From Minisyncoccia bacterium (lineage in GTDB: Bacteria; Patescibacteriota; Minisyncoccia; Phycocordibacterales; UBA918): DNA of 64,000 nucleotides. A program made the position numbers and the translations under genes. Positions 18,136 through 27,794 of the stretch are shown here, in pieces. Under the pieces are notes generated by a model. That model did not search any database. It had not been told where the DNA came from and worked only from the letters and a program-made list of their open reading frames with translations. Location of the stretch: assembly GCA_041742075.1 (NCBI GenBank), contig JBGSJJ010000015.1, positions 65,132-129,131 on the forward strand, read 5' to 3'. The stretch's first letter is position 1. Every line of letters starts with the position of its first letter.

Positions 18136-19155
18136 TTAAAGACACGTCACTTCACGTTCGAGTACGATGCCGGTCGCTTCAAAAGTTCGCTCGGCAAGCG
18201 TATTTGAAAACGCGAGGACCTCTTTTGCAGTCGCACCTTCATACGCTACCAACACCAGTGCTTGCCCCTCAAACGTACCAACAGAGCCAATTCTTTCACC
18301 CTTTGCGTTTAGTATCTTGTCAAAAATATAGCCAACGGGAACTTTTATTTGTGTGGCCGAAAGCGGATACATCGGTAGTTCAGGATACTTTCTCTCCAGC
18401 ATAAGCGCTTCGGTACTTGAAATAATTGCGTTCTTAAAAAACGAACCAGCCGTACCTACCACGGTCCAGTCAGGAAACTTCTTTGAACGTATTTCAATTA
18501 CGGCTTCACGAATCGCGAGCAGACTTGGCTCTTTGGTATCTTTAAAATATTCTTCTAAATCTTTGTACGTTAGTTTCCTCTCTGGAATTTTTGATAGTTC
18601 AAAAGTTACTTCGGTCACAATATATCTTCCAGGCTCTTGTTTAAAAACTGAATCACGGTAACCGAAATTACATTCCTCCACTACTAAGAGTCGGTAACAC
18701 TCTTCTAGCGTATCAAAAACCCGTACCTGGGAAATGAGGCTTTGTATTTCGACCCCATATGCACCAACGTTTTGCACCGGGGTCGCTCCCACACTTCCAG
18801 GTATATGCGATAAATTCTCAAGTCCCCACCACCCTTCCTCAACACATCTTTTGATAAACTCATCAAACACTTCGCCAGCACCGACCACTACCTTAATAAC
18901 CTCCTCTGTTGTACCTACTACCTCTACCCCTTTGATAGCTATGTGGATGAGTAAACCACCAACACCCTCGTCAGAGACGAGGGTGTTTGAGCCCCCACCG
19001 AGGATTCGTATCGGTAGGTTGTTTTTTTTCGCATAGGTACGAGCACTCGTGAGTTCAGCTTCCGTTGTAACCCGCACGTAGTGTTCTGCCTTTCCTCCCA
19101 CCTTGAGCGTAGTAAGAGGAGCTAAGGGGACGTTCTGTTCGATCGTAATGTGCAT
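18136..19155 (-). CDS. murB: UDP-N-acetylmuramate dehydrogenase
   Basis: LGGGSNTL, GLENLSHIPGSVGATPVQNVGAYG, FGYRDSVFK, AGSFFKN; ATG 19155 overlaps the upstream stop (TAATG). Confidence 0.95.
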   Translation of the reverse strand: MHITIEQNVPLAPLTTLKVGGKAEHYVRVTTEAELTSARTYAKKNNLPIRILGGGSNTLVSDEGVGGLLIHIAIKGVEVVGTTEEVIKVVVGAGEVFDEFIKRCVEEGWWGLENLSHIPGSVGATPVQNVGAYGVEIQSLISQVRVFDTLEECYRLLVVEECNFGYRDSVFKQEPGRYIVTEVTFELSKIPERKLTYKDLEEYFKDTKEPSLLAIREAVIEIRSKKFPDWTVVGTAGSFFKNAIISSTEALMLERKYPELPMYPLSATQIKVPVGYIFDKILNAKGERIGSVGTFEGQALVLVAYEGATAKEVLAFSNTLAERTFEATGIVLEREVTCL

Positions 19156-21341
19156 TATGGAGTACACGGCGTGTCAGGCGCCTTACCAGTTTCAATGTTC
19201 GAGATAATACACTTCGCGTTTGGTGCAAGTCCTGGTGCAGCGATACTACCTTCTTTGAGTACTTCGATAGCGCGATCATTATTCTTAAGTTCATAGTAGA
19301 TGAACGCAAGACTTGCCCAATTTTGTGCGTCTGCTGGCAGAGCCTTCACGCGCAACTCATACAATTCAGCCAACCAACCTAAGTCACCTTTTTGCTGAAC
19401 GGTACCGACAGCAAAGTCATTCTGAGCAAAAGCTAATCGTTCTTCTTCAGTCGTGAGCAGGGCTTTTGCCTTCGGTACATCTTCGAGATTGGCTACCATC
19501 GCCGCATACAACACTCTCGCCTGTACATACCCCGGCACTCGGTCATGCGCTTCTTTGAAGAACGCGAGCGCGCCAGCCGGGTTGTTCATTTGAAGTTCAA
19601 CCACTCCTTGCTCAATCATCATGGCAGGCTTATCAGGTGAAAGCCCTCGCGCGATTGCGGCCTGCTCCTTGGCTTGCGGAAGCGCACCAATGTTTCGGTA
19701 GTAGTTCGAGAGGAAGATATGAAGCCGAGCATCGCCTGGTTTTTCGTCAATCATGCGCAACAACTCCAGTTCGGCTCGCATCACAAACGGATCTTTTTCT
19801 TCGGCTGGCACGCTGGGGTCACGCGCTATGTTCATGGCCATCTGGGCCAACTGCTCGACTATTTCTTGATCTCCAAAGCCTTTACGTCCAATCGCTCGAT
19901 CAAACGCTTCGAGACGTTCAATCACCGTTGGAGCGCGGAGTGCTTCAATAATGTCTCCCGCGGCCAGGTAGGAAGGGATGTTTACAAAATACACACCGGC
20001 TACACAGAGTACCAGCACCACCGGTGTTGCGACCTGCAGTACCAGAGTTTGGCTAACTTTAAACTTCTCTACCTTAGGGAGGGTTCGCGCGACCCGTGCA
20101 TGGACTAGACCAAGGAGAGTTCCATAAAAGATGTAACTAATAATGTTGTCAAACACCACTACGTTGTGCAAAAGGTAACCTGTCAGAAGCCCGAGAATAA
20201 TTGCTCGTTCAAGTACATTGAAGTCAGTGTCGACTTCCTTTCGGCGGAGCGGTATCCAAAACAGGTAATACAGAATTGCTCCCATAATACTAAAGTAGGA
20301 TAGGAAGCCCACGACTCCGCCAGCAATCAGCCAGTCAAGGAAAATATTGTGTGTTCTATCGAACCACTGCTCTTGGTTGTAGAGTTCAGCTTTGTAGTTT
20401 TGGTTAAACACAAAGTTAAAGTTGCCGTGTCCCCAACCGAGCACCGGTCGCTCTTTGACGCCATCAAGCGCCATCCCCCAGATAGTTCCGCGCACCACGA
20501 GGTCTGACTTAAGGTCTATGTTTGCAATACGAGCGAGTGAACCGTTACTTTGGATAAAATCTGCTTCCCGAACTGAGTAGAGTGTCCCAGCTAAAACCAC
20601 CAGCGCAATAATCCCGCCAATTGCGAGCTTTCGAAACTGTGGAAAGCGAGCCCCGAAAATCGCAACATACGCCACACTGACGACTGCTCCACCAGCCAGA
20701 CCCAAGAACGTACCGCGGGTACCAGTCTGGAGTAGTGTGGCCAAAAAGAGTAGCGAAATCAATATGTACGCCCCGCGGTACCACCAGTCTTTTGCTCGAA
20801 CATAGAGTAAAGCGGTGAAGAAGATATGGAAAAGCATGTATACCGCCATGTACGCTGAGTTACCAAGCGTACTGTCAATACGGGCAATACCGCTATTTTG
20901 CATCTGTATATATCCCTTTACGGCGACAAAGGCTGCCACCGCAATAGTAGTATGAAGAAAGATAGACCAGGTCCGAGCGGTAAACGCCATACTCCCGAGC
21001 ACCACAAAGTACATCCACAAGTGAATAATAGTGACAATACCATCCATTCGCTCGTAGTTACTCCAGAAACTAGTGGCTGGACTCTTCCCGAGAACAGCTG
21101 ACAGTGAAATCAAGGCGATAAAAACGGTAAAGGTTACCAGTATCCAAGAAAATTTTGGCCGGTAGCGGGCATCGATGAGAGCAAGGAGAATCCAAGCCGA
21201 AAACACAATCTCAACTATGATGCGGAAAAAGAAGTTTTTTCCGGTTATAAATGGAAAAAAGAGACTATCGGTAACTAAAAGTGGTAAAAAAAGTACGAGG
21301 AACAAACCACCGTACACAAGGCCTTGTAACATATCTTTCAT
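19155..21341 (-). CDS. O-antigen ligase/Wzy_C-family membrane transferase with C-terminal TPR repeats
   Basis: Multiple TM helices, STLGN, TGTRG, RGTIW...PVLGWGHGNF, DRTHNIFLD; TPR-like helical C-terminus; start moved to ATG 21341. Confidence 0.85.
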   Translation of the reverse strand: MKDMLQGLVYGGLFLVLFLPLLVTDSLFFPFITGKNFFFRIIVEIVFSAWILLALIDARYRPKFSWILVTFTVFIALISLSAVLGKSPATSFWSNYERMDGIVTIIHLWMYFVVLGSMAFTARTWSIFLHTTIAVAAFVAVKGYIQMQNSGIARIDSTLGNSAYMAVYMLFHIFFTALLYVRAKDWWYRGAYILISLLFLATLLQTGTRGTFLGLAGGAVVSVAYVAIFGARFPQFRKLAIGGIIALVVLAGTLYSVREADFIQSNGSLARIANIDLKSDLVVRGTIWGMALDGVKERPVLGWGHGNFNFVFNQNYKAELYNQEQWFDRTHNIFLDWLIAGGVVGFLSYFSIMGAILYYLFWIPLRRKEVDTDFNVLERAIILGLLTGYLLHNVVVFDNIISYIFYGTLLGLVHARVARTLPKVEKFKVSQTLVLQVATPVVLVLCVAGVYFVNIPSYLAAGDIIEALRAPTVIERLEAFDRAIGRKGFGDQEIVEQLAQMAMNIARDPSVPAEEKDPFVMRAELELLRMIDEKPGDARLHIFLSNYYRNIGALPQAKEQAAIARGLSPDKPAMMIEQGVVELQMNNPAGALAFFKEAHDRVPGYVQARVLYAAMVANLEDVPKAKALLTTEEERLAFAQNDFAVGTVQQKGDLGWLAELYELRVKALPADAQNWASLAFIYYELKNNDRAIEVLKEGSIAAPGLAPNAKCIISNIETGKAPDTPCTP

Positions 21342-21445
21342 AATGCTGAAAACTATACCATACCGAACGGACGCTCGGCGACGTTGACGAGAGGAGTGAA
21401 GAGCGTTGCAATATATAGCGTCTTGAGTCGGCATATGTAGAGTAC

Positions 21446-21472
21446 AAAAACAGGCCCCAAGGTGGGGCCTGT
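21446..21472 (-). terminator. Intrinsic terminator after the ORFan pair
   Basis: ACAGGCCCCA / TGGGGCCTGT followed by T5 on the - strand. Confidence 0.75.
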
Positions 21473-21482
21473 CAAAATGTAC

Positions 21483-22034
21483 TTATCTATAATTACGGAG
21501 GTATACGATCTTTGCGCCTGGCCGATACCGACGATGCCAAGTATGCGTGCCAAACTGGCGAGCAAACTGCCTTTCTTGAAGCAAACTCTTAACCGGCGCG
21601 TCCACGTCACCCGAGAACTCTACTGTGAACAAAGCCTCACCTGTATGAGCTGACAACCCAGACTCAATTTGAATCAACATACTAGTCACAATCAAACCTA
21701 CAACCAAAGACGAACGTTCATTATGACTCGGCAGGATGCAGGTAGTTTGACGTACGTTCCAAAGATAGTGGCCATTTTTGAAACACAGGCACGCGAGTGC
21801 CACTATGTGCTCTGTCTCAGCACACTTCTGTTCAACCAGAAAACAACTGTGCCTGTCTTCAAGCTGATTGCAATTCTCAATCCGCCTGAGCAAATCAGGT
21901 CCAGCGTGTTGCCGAACCTGCCCAACAAACGCTAACCACCGTTCCATCAGGTGATGGTTGGACTCAAGTGCAGACTCCATGTAGTCGCTACTGAATGTCC
22001 ACACACTCATGTCGTCGTTTTCTAAAACCGTCAT
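21483..22034 (-). CDS. Hypothetical protein, possibly a divergent GNAT fold
   Basis: 183-aa ORF with GGAG upstream and a terminator downstream; the GNAT-like pattern is only suggestive. Confidence 0.6.
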   Translation of the reverse strand: MTVLENDDMSVWTFSSDYMESALESNHHLMERWLAFVGQVRQHAGPDLLRRIENCNQLEDRHSCFLVEQKCAETEHIVALACLCFKNGHYLWNVRQTTCILPSHNERSSLVVGLIVTSMLIQIESGLSAHTGEALFTVEFSGDVDAPVKSLLQERQFARQFGTHTWHRRYRPGAKIVYLRNYR

Positions 22035-22108
22035 GCTTGGTGCTCCACTTTAGGTAGACATTGGTCACAGTTGGGCACGAGCTTCGCTCGCGCCCAACTC
22101 AGCTCACC

Positions 22109-22621
22109 TCAAAACAGACGTGTCACATTCCCCTCAAATGGCCAGGTAGGTCTTTTTGTGACAAGGTCGAGTTCCCACTTGGTAAGTTGTCGACCAAACA
22201 AATCTCTGAAGTCGCCAATAATCGGAGTAAAGGCAAACTCATCACTTGGTACAATCATGCTCGCTTCTGGCACCGCTGTGACAAACAGTTTCTTAAGGTG
22301 GAAATCCTCGGCCATGCGCTTTAAGGAACGAAGCAATATTTGTAGCTCACATGCGACCACAGAATCCTGACGCATCAGGTCAACCATGAGTCTGACCGTA
22401 AGTGCACTATCGATTAGGTGTACTATACCTACGATTACGACATGTCCCGACCTTGGATTAAAGACGAGCCAGGTGTTTTCAGGGTCAAGTAACGGACGCT
22501 GACTCGACACTTGTAGCCGGAGTAGGAACGCTTCGTAGGCACAGAGCGCATTTGGGTTGTCACGCTTCACGTCTTTCAAGTTCAACACGACTGGAAGTTG
22601 GTTAGTTGATACTAGTTTCAT
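22109..22621 (-). CDS. Hypothetical protein, possibly a divergent GNAT fold
   Basis: 170-aa ORF with an upstream extended -10 (TGCTCTAAT); LLRSLKRMAEDFHLKKLFVTA resembles a GNAT helix-strand. Confidence 0.6.
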   Translation of the reverse strand: MKLVSTNQLPVVLNLKDVKRDNPNALCAYEAFLLRLQVSSQRPLLDPENTWLVFNPRSGHVVIVGIVHLIDSALTVRLMVDLMRQDSVVACELQILLRSLKRMAEDFHLKKLFVTAVPEASMIVPSDEFAFTPIIGDFRDLFGRQLTKWELDLVTKRPTWPFEGNVTRLF

Positions 22622-22720
22622 TGTTAAAGAACTTCCCTAGTTGGGGCGAAAGCGCCACCTTTCCAGTTGGAATTAGAGCACAAAAAAAACCTTTCCTCAA
22701 GCCTATGACCCTATGCTTTT

Positions 22721-23446
22721 TTAGTGAAGGTGGATTTTTTTGGCGCGCTCAGAGTGGAACTCTTCAGCGGTCTCAGATATCTTTTCGATATCTTCCTCTT
22801 CTGATTCCCCTATCTGGACCTCCAAGATGTCGAGGTCGGTGTTTAGTGGAGCAGTGGGTGCGTGCCATACACCAGGTAGGTTAATGTGCACTTCCCCATT
22901 TGGCATAAAGAAGAACTCACTCCGCTTATTGTGGCGCTGAAGAGAAAGTGTCTTCCCCGCTTCGATATGGAGCATTTTTACCTTAAGCTTCGGGAGATCA
23001 AGGACGACGTCATAAAAACCCCAGCGGGTTGGTACTCTCTGGCGTCCGTTAATAGCTGAACTCGAACTATACTTTCCGCCCCCCACCTCGAACACTGGTT
23101 CAATACCAAGCTCCGCGCAGACATCAAGCTCAGGTGTGTTGTCTTTCTTGCGGTCGCCTCCGTTTCCAAAGTAATCAGGCTTAATCCGCCGCAAAGCCTC
23201 ACAGACAGTGCCATCACTATCGTCTACCTCATAGACATACGGCGTATAGGCTTCGAGGATTTTTTTTCGGTCGGTAAATGGTTGGAAAAAGAAACCTTTC
23301 TTTCTAATGAGCCAGTCGTCACTGTTTACCACAATATGTACGTCACCGTACTTCTGCGCATCTTCAATCATGGCAATGTGTCCAGGATGAATCGGGTCAA
23401 AACCGCCTGAAATAACGATGGACTTCTTTTTTGGTTCGGTACTCAT
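22721..23446 (-). CDS. Cytidylyltransferase-like (RfaE-II/TagD, HIGH motif) domain fused to a PMI-type cupin
   Basis: SGGFDPIHPGH, NGGDR, RWGFY, LSLQRHNKRSE, LEVQIG; start moved to ATG 23446. Confidence 0.85.
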   Translation of the reverse strand: MSTEPKKKSIVISGGFDPIHPGHIAMIEDAQKYGDVHIVVNSDDWLIRKKGFFFQPFTDRKKILEAYTPYVYEVDDSDGTVCEALRRIKPDYFGNGGDRKKDNTPELDVCAELGIEPVFEVGGGKYSSSSAINGRQRVPTRWGFYDVVLDLPKLKVKMLHIEAGKTLSLQRHNKRSEFFFMPNGEVHINLPGVWHAPTAPLNTDLDILEVQIGESEEEDIEKISETAEEFHSERAKKIHLH

Positions 23447-23571
23447 ATATATGTATAGTGAATTAACTAATAGCGACAAAGGTATTACTGATTGTAACCT
23501 CCCGACCTCATTCTGGGTTACAACTAAGGTCAATATAAGCGACCGCTGGAATTAATAAGTAACTGTGATAG

Positions 23572-24675
<1,104 letters not shown>

Positions 24676-24701
24676 CAACTACCTAGGTAATACTGCAGTA
24701 A

Positions 24702-24746
24702 TGACAAAGACAGCCCGGCAACGAAGTTGCCGGGCTGTCTTTGTCA
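24702..24746. terminator. Perfect 21-bp inverted repeat with GAA loop; probable bidirectional terminator
   Basis: TGACAAAGACAGCCCGGCAAC-GAA-GTTGCCGGGCTGTCTTTGTCA between convergent gmd and the toxin gene. Confidence 0.75.
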
Positions 24747-24762
24747 CAAGCTTAGTTTAAGA

Positions 24763-25020
24763 CTACTCATACAGTTCGCTATGAGACCCTATCTCAAGAA
24801 AAATGACGGACTGATTATCATAGATAAAAATCGCACGATAGTCAGCACTAACGTTTAAACTGAGGCAGGGGTACCTAACTCCTTGAAGCGTATGAATATG
24901 GAGTAAAGGATGGTTTGGATACTCAAGAAAAATTGCCAACCGGTCTGTAAATTGCTTTTGCACTTTTTTTGGTAGCTTCTTATACTGCTTTTTAAAGTGC
25001 CGATGAAACGAAACTTCCAT
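24763..25020 (-). CDS. Type II toxin, RelE/YafQ-like mRNA interferase
   Basis: FKKQYKKLP, HPLLHIHTLQG, DYRAIF and C-terminal IGSHSELY. Confidence 0.85.
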   Translation of the reverse strand: MEVSFHRHFKKQYKKLPKKVQKQFTDRLAIFLEYPNHPLLHIHTLQGVRYPCLSLNVSADYRAIFIYDNQSVIFLEIGSHSELYE

Positions 25021-25023
25021 GAA

Positions 25024-25296
25024 TTATTTTGCGAGCCAAGCCTCAGCTTGAGCTTTTGAAGAAAAACCTTTTGAGACATGCTTTCCTGCTCGCGCTTCGG
25101 CGATATGCTTTTCGAGCTTTGCCAACACAGCCGGTTTGAGTTGTGGCTCACGCGCCAAGGTAAAGGCACCTGAACGCACAAACTCATGTAAGTAGGCATT
25201 GACCACAGTTGAGAGTGGTACTCCTAAGTATTCAGCGAGCGCTTGCGCTTGCTCCTTAACTAGCTTATCGGTCTTTATGTTTAAGACAGTTTTCAT
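25024..25296 (-). CDS. Type II antitoxin, RelB/DinJ-like (ribbon-helix-helix)
   Basis: LNIKTDKLVKEQAQALAEYLGVPLSTVVNAYL; directly upstream of the toxin. Confidence 0.8.
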   Translation of the reverse strand: MKTVLNIKTDKLVKEQAQALAEYLGVPLSTVVNAYLHEFVRSGAFTLAREPQLKPAVLAKLEKHIAEARAGKHVSKGFSSKAQAEAWLAK

Positions 25297-25300
25297 AATC

Positions 25301-25333
25301 TAACCATTGTATACACAACGGTTATTTTGTCAA
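25301..25333 (-). promoter_or_regulatory. TA promoter with overlapping palindromic operator
   Basis: TTGACA-16-TACAAT on the - strand; TAACCATTGT-ATAC-ACAACGGTTA inverted repeat (1 mismatch) at 25301-25324. Confidence 0.7.
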
Positions 25334-25347
25334 TCATGTAATGTATA

Positions 25348-25385
25348 TAAAATTCAACCCCATCCGCGTAGCGGATGGGGTCTTG
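25348..25385 (-). terminator. Terminator hairpin, copy 1 of a direct repeat
   Basis: ACCCCATCCGC-GTA-GCGGATGGGGT; near-identical to 26202-26243. Confidence 0.75.
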
Positions 25386-25430
25386 GTTTGAGTGGAAGCG
25401 TTTTGTTTCCTTGGCTTCGGCTAGAAAAAT

Positions 25431-26195
25431 TTAATTGTACATCTCATAATACTCGCCGAGAGCTTGCTTGATATCGTCCTCAGACTCGTTTAGAACATTG
25501 TGTCGACGAGCAATCTCGGCTCCAAAAGCTCGCACGAAGGATAGATATGCTCGCATGTCCTTCTCATCGATAAGGCCACGAGCAGTATCCGAAGGCAACA
25601 TACCTACCCACTCAATCATTCGAAACAGGTTCTGGTAGACGGTCTTCATCTGCCCTTCAACCGTCGTACCGTAGCCAAACGGATTAGCCGGGTCGTACAG
25701 AGGCATCGAGGCACTATGTGCTACACCAGAGACGATTCCGAGCGGACCGAGGCGGTCAAGCTTGTCGGCAATACGCAGTGCGGTAAGCAGAGGTGTATCG
25801 TTCGGCTCATCGTCTTTCTTGCTGTGCTGAAGAACCGCATCAATGATTCTCGCCCGCGCCATATAGTCAAACCGGCTTTCTTTAAGCAGATACTCGAGCA
25901 AATGGTTAAGGGGTATGAGTTTTTCAACCCCTCTCACCATACTCAAACGGTCGAGATTGTGGAGCCAGACCGCCGCCTGGTATTCACCCTGATCAAACGA
26001 AAGCTGAGTCGCTCGCCTGATACGCTCTCCAAGCGCGACCATACGATGCACATGCTCCACATCGTGCCCACCAGGAGCGTTCGGCATCGTATAGAGTGGC
26101 CCGAGTTTAGCTTCAAGCTCTTTAAGAAAACCACGCACTTTTTTCTCCTCATAGAGCACGACCACCGCGCTTTTCCAAGTACTCTTATACAACAT
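25431..26195 (-). CDS. HD-domain phosphohydrolase-like protein (HN variant)
   Basis: GHDVEHVHRM...WLHNLDR...VLQHS...IADKLDRLG; start position uncertain. Confidence 0.8.
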   Translation of the reverse strand: MLYKSTWKSAVVVLYEEKKVRGFLKELEAKLGPLYTMPNAPGGHDVEHVHRMVALGERIRRATQLSFDQGEYQAAVWLHNLDRLSMVRGVEKLIPLNHLLEYLLKESRFDYMARARIIDAVLQHSKKDDEPNDTPLLTALRIADKLDRLGPLGIVSGVAHSASMPLYDPANPFGYGTTVEGQMKTVYQNLFRMIEWVGMLPSDTARGLIDEKDMRAYLSFVRAFGAEIARRHNVLNESEDDIKQALGEYYEMYN

Positions 26196-26201
26196 TATAC
26201 A

Positions 26202-26243
26202 TAAAAATCAACCCCACCCGCGAAACTTGCGGATGGGGTCTTG
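26202..26243 (-). terminator. Terminator hairpin, copy 2 of a direct repeat
   Basis: TAAAAATCAACCCCACCCGC-GAAACTT-GCGGATGGGGTCTTG. Confidence 0.7.
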
Positions 26244-26272
26244 ATGTGTTCGCTTGAAGCGGACGGGGCGCG

Positions 26273-26752
26273 TCAGCGGATTTTAATTCTTAGACTTTGA
26301 CTTGGTGAATAGACCCCTTTATCGCCTTCCTCAAGCGAAAGTTCGGTGTTTCGGGTGTAGGCCTCCAGATAAGAGCCTTCACCGAGCGGGTTAATGGCTA
26401 CATCGGAGACCACCCAATGTTCGGCCAACCCGGCAATTTTCTGGCCGAAGGCGACGTGGTCGGGATGGGCGTGGAAGTTGATGAAGGCTTCTGGGCCTGC
26501 AAACAGCCCCACCTCGACCCAGCCATACCCCTTACGCTGGTCGATGTTCGGCCGGACAGAGAAAGACTTGATGCCCGCCTTAGCTCCTCCGCACAGCTTG
26601 TGGAGCGCGGCGCACTCTGCCATCACTGCTATCTGCTCCTCCTCGGTGACATCCGCTTTGAACTTGAACGTCACAATGTGAAGCAGGTCGGCATCACTCG
26701 GGACACCATCTCGGATAAAAGTGTAAAGTGGGTTTTCAGTTACTTGCGTCAC
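26273..26752 (-). CDS. Dabb family (stress-responsive A/B barrel) protein
   Basis: LHIVTFKFKADVTEE...FHAHPDHVAF; AAGGAG SD before a GTG start. Confidence 0.75.
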   Translation of the reverse strand: MTQVTENPLYTFIRDGVPSDADLLHIVTFKFKADVTEEEQIAVMAECAALHKLCGGAKAGIKSFSVRPNIDQRKGYGWVEVGLFAGPEAFINFHAHPDHVAFGQKIAGLAEHWVVSDVAINPLGEGSYLEAYTRNTELSLEEGDKGVYSPSQSLRIKIR

Positions 26753-26862
26753 GGCGTTTCTCCTTTGGCTGACGTACCGGTACTTTCCACATTACAGCAC
26801 AACCTAAGCCAAAAAGCCATACCTGTCACCAAATGCCGACAGATAGTGTTATAATCGTCATC

Positions 26863-27792
26863 ATGGAAAAAACCGCTAAAATCTATGTCGCTGGCCATAG
26901 AGGTCTCGTTGGCTCAGCGCTTATTCGCTCACTTCAAAAGAACGGCTACACCAACCTCATTACCAAAACTCGAGCTGAACTCGATTTGCTCGACGCACAA
27001 GCGGTGGCCAACTTCTTCGCTACCGAAAAACCGGAGTATGTTTTTCTGGCCGCCGCTAAGGTTGGTGGCATAATGGCCAACAAAACCTACCCCGCTGACT
27101 TTATCTTTGAAAACCTCAGTATTCAAAACAACGTCATCCATAGTGCGTATGTATCGGGTGTTAAAAAGTTACTCTTTCTCGGCAGTTCTTGTATCTATCC
27201 AAAACTAGCCCCGCAACCGATTAAAGAAGAGTACTTACTTACTGGTCCACTAGAACCAAGCAACGACGCGTATGCCATAGCAAAAATTGCGGGCATTATG
27301 ATGTGTCAAAGCTACAAGCGCCAATACGGTAGCAACTTCATCAGCGTGATGCCCACCAACCTCTACGGAGAAAATGATAACTTTGACTTAGAAACGAGTC
27401 ACGTCCTCCCCGCTCTCATTCGTCGCTTCCATGAAGCCAAGGAAAATAGTGTGCCGAGTGTTACCCTCTGGGGTTCGGGCACCCCGATGCGTGAGTTTAT
27501 CCATGTAGACGATATGGCTCTAGCTTGCCTCCATCTAATGGAAACCTATAACGAAAGTGAGATTGTGAATATCGGCACAGGCGAAGACGTCACTATCAAG
27601 GAACTAGCCGAGACCGTGGCAAAGGTAGTCGGTTACCAAGGAGAGCTCTTGTGGGATACGAGCAAGCCTGACGGCACTCCTCGCAAGCTTCTTGATGTAT
27701 CCAAACTACACGGACTTGGCTTCAAGCATACGATTCAGCTTGAAGACGGCATCCGTGATACATATGAATACTACAAAAAAGTTACTGTTTGA
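26863..27792 (+). CDS. fcl: GDP-L-fucose synthase (WcaG/ColC family)
   Basis: [47 protein letters not shown]; start moved to ATG 26863. Confidence 0.95.
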   Translation: MEKTAKIYVAGHRGLVGSALIRSLQKNGYTNLITKTRAELDLLDAQAVANFFATEKPEYVFLAAAKVGGIMANKTYPADFIFENLSIQNNVIHSAYVSGVKKLLFLGSSCIYPKLAPQPIKEEYLLTGPLEPSNDAYAIAKIAGIMMCQSYKRQYGSNFISVMPTNLYGENDNFDLETSHVLPALIRRFHEAKENSVPSVTLWGSGTPMREFIHVDDMALACLHLMETYNESEIVNIGTGEDVTIKELAETVAKVVGYQGELLWDTSKPDGTPRKLLDVSKLHGLGFKHTIQLEDGIRDTYEYYKKVTV

Positions 27793-27794
27793 GT

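Noticed and set aside
25348-26243. Integron attC sites or CRISPR repeats
   Set aside because: Only two copies ~850 bp apart; GTTRRRY fits one copy only, with no RYYYAAC partner and no intI or cas gene.
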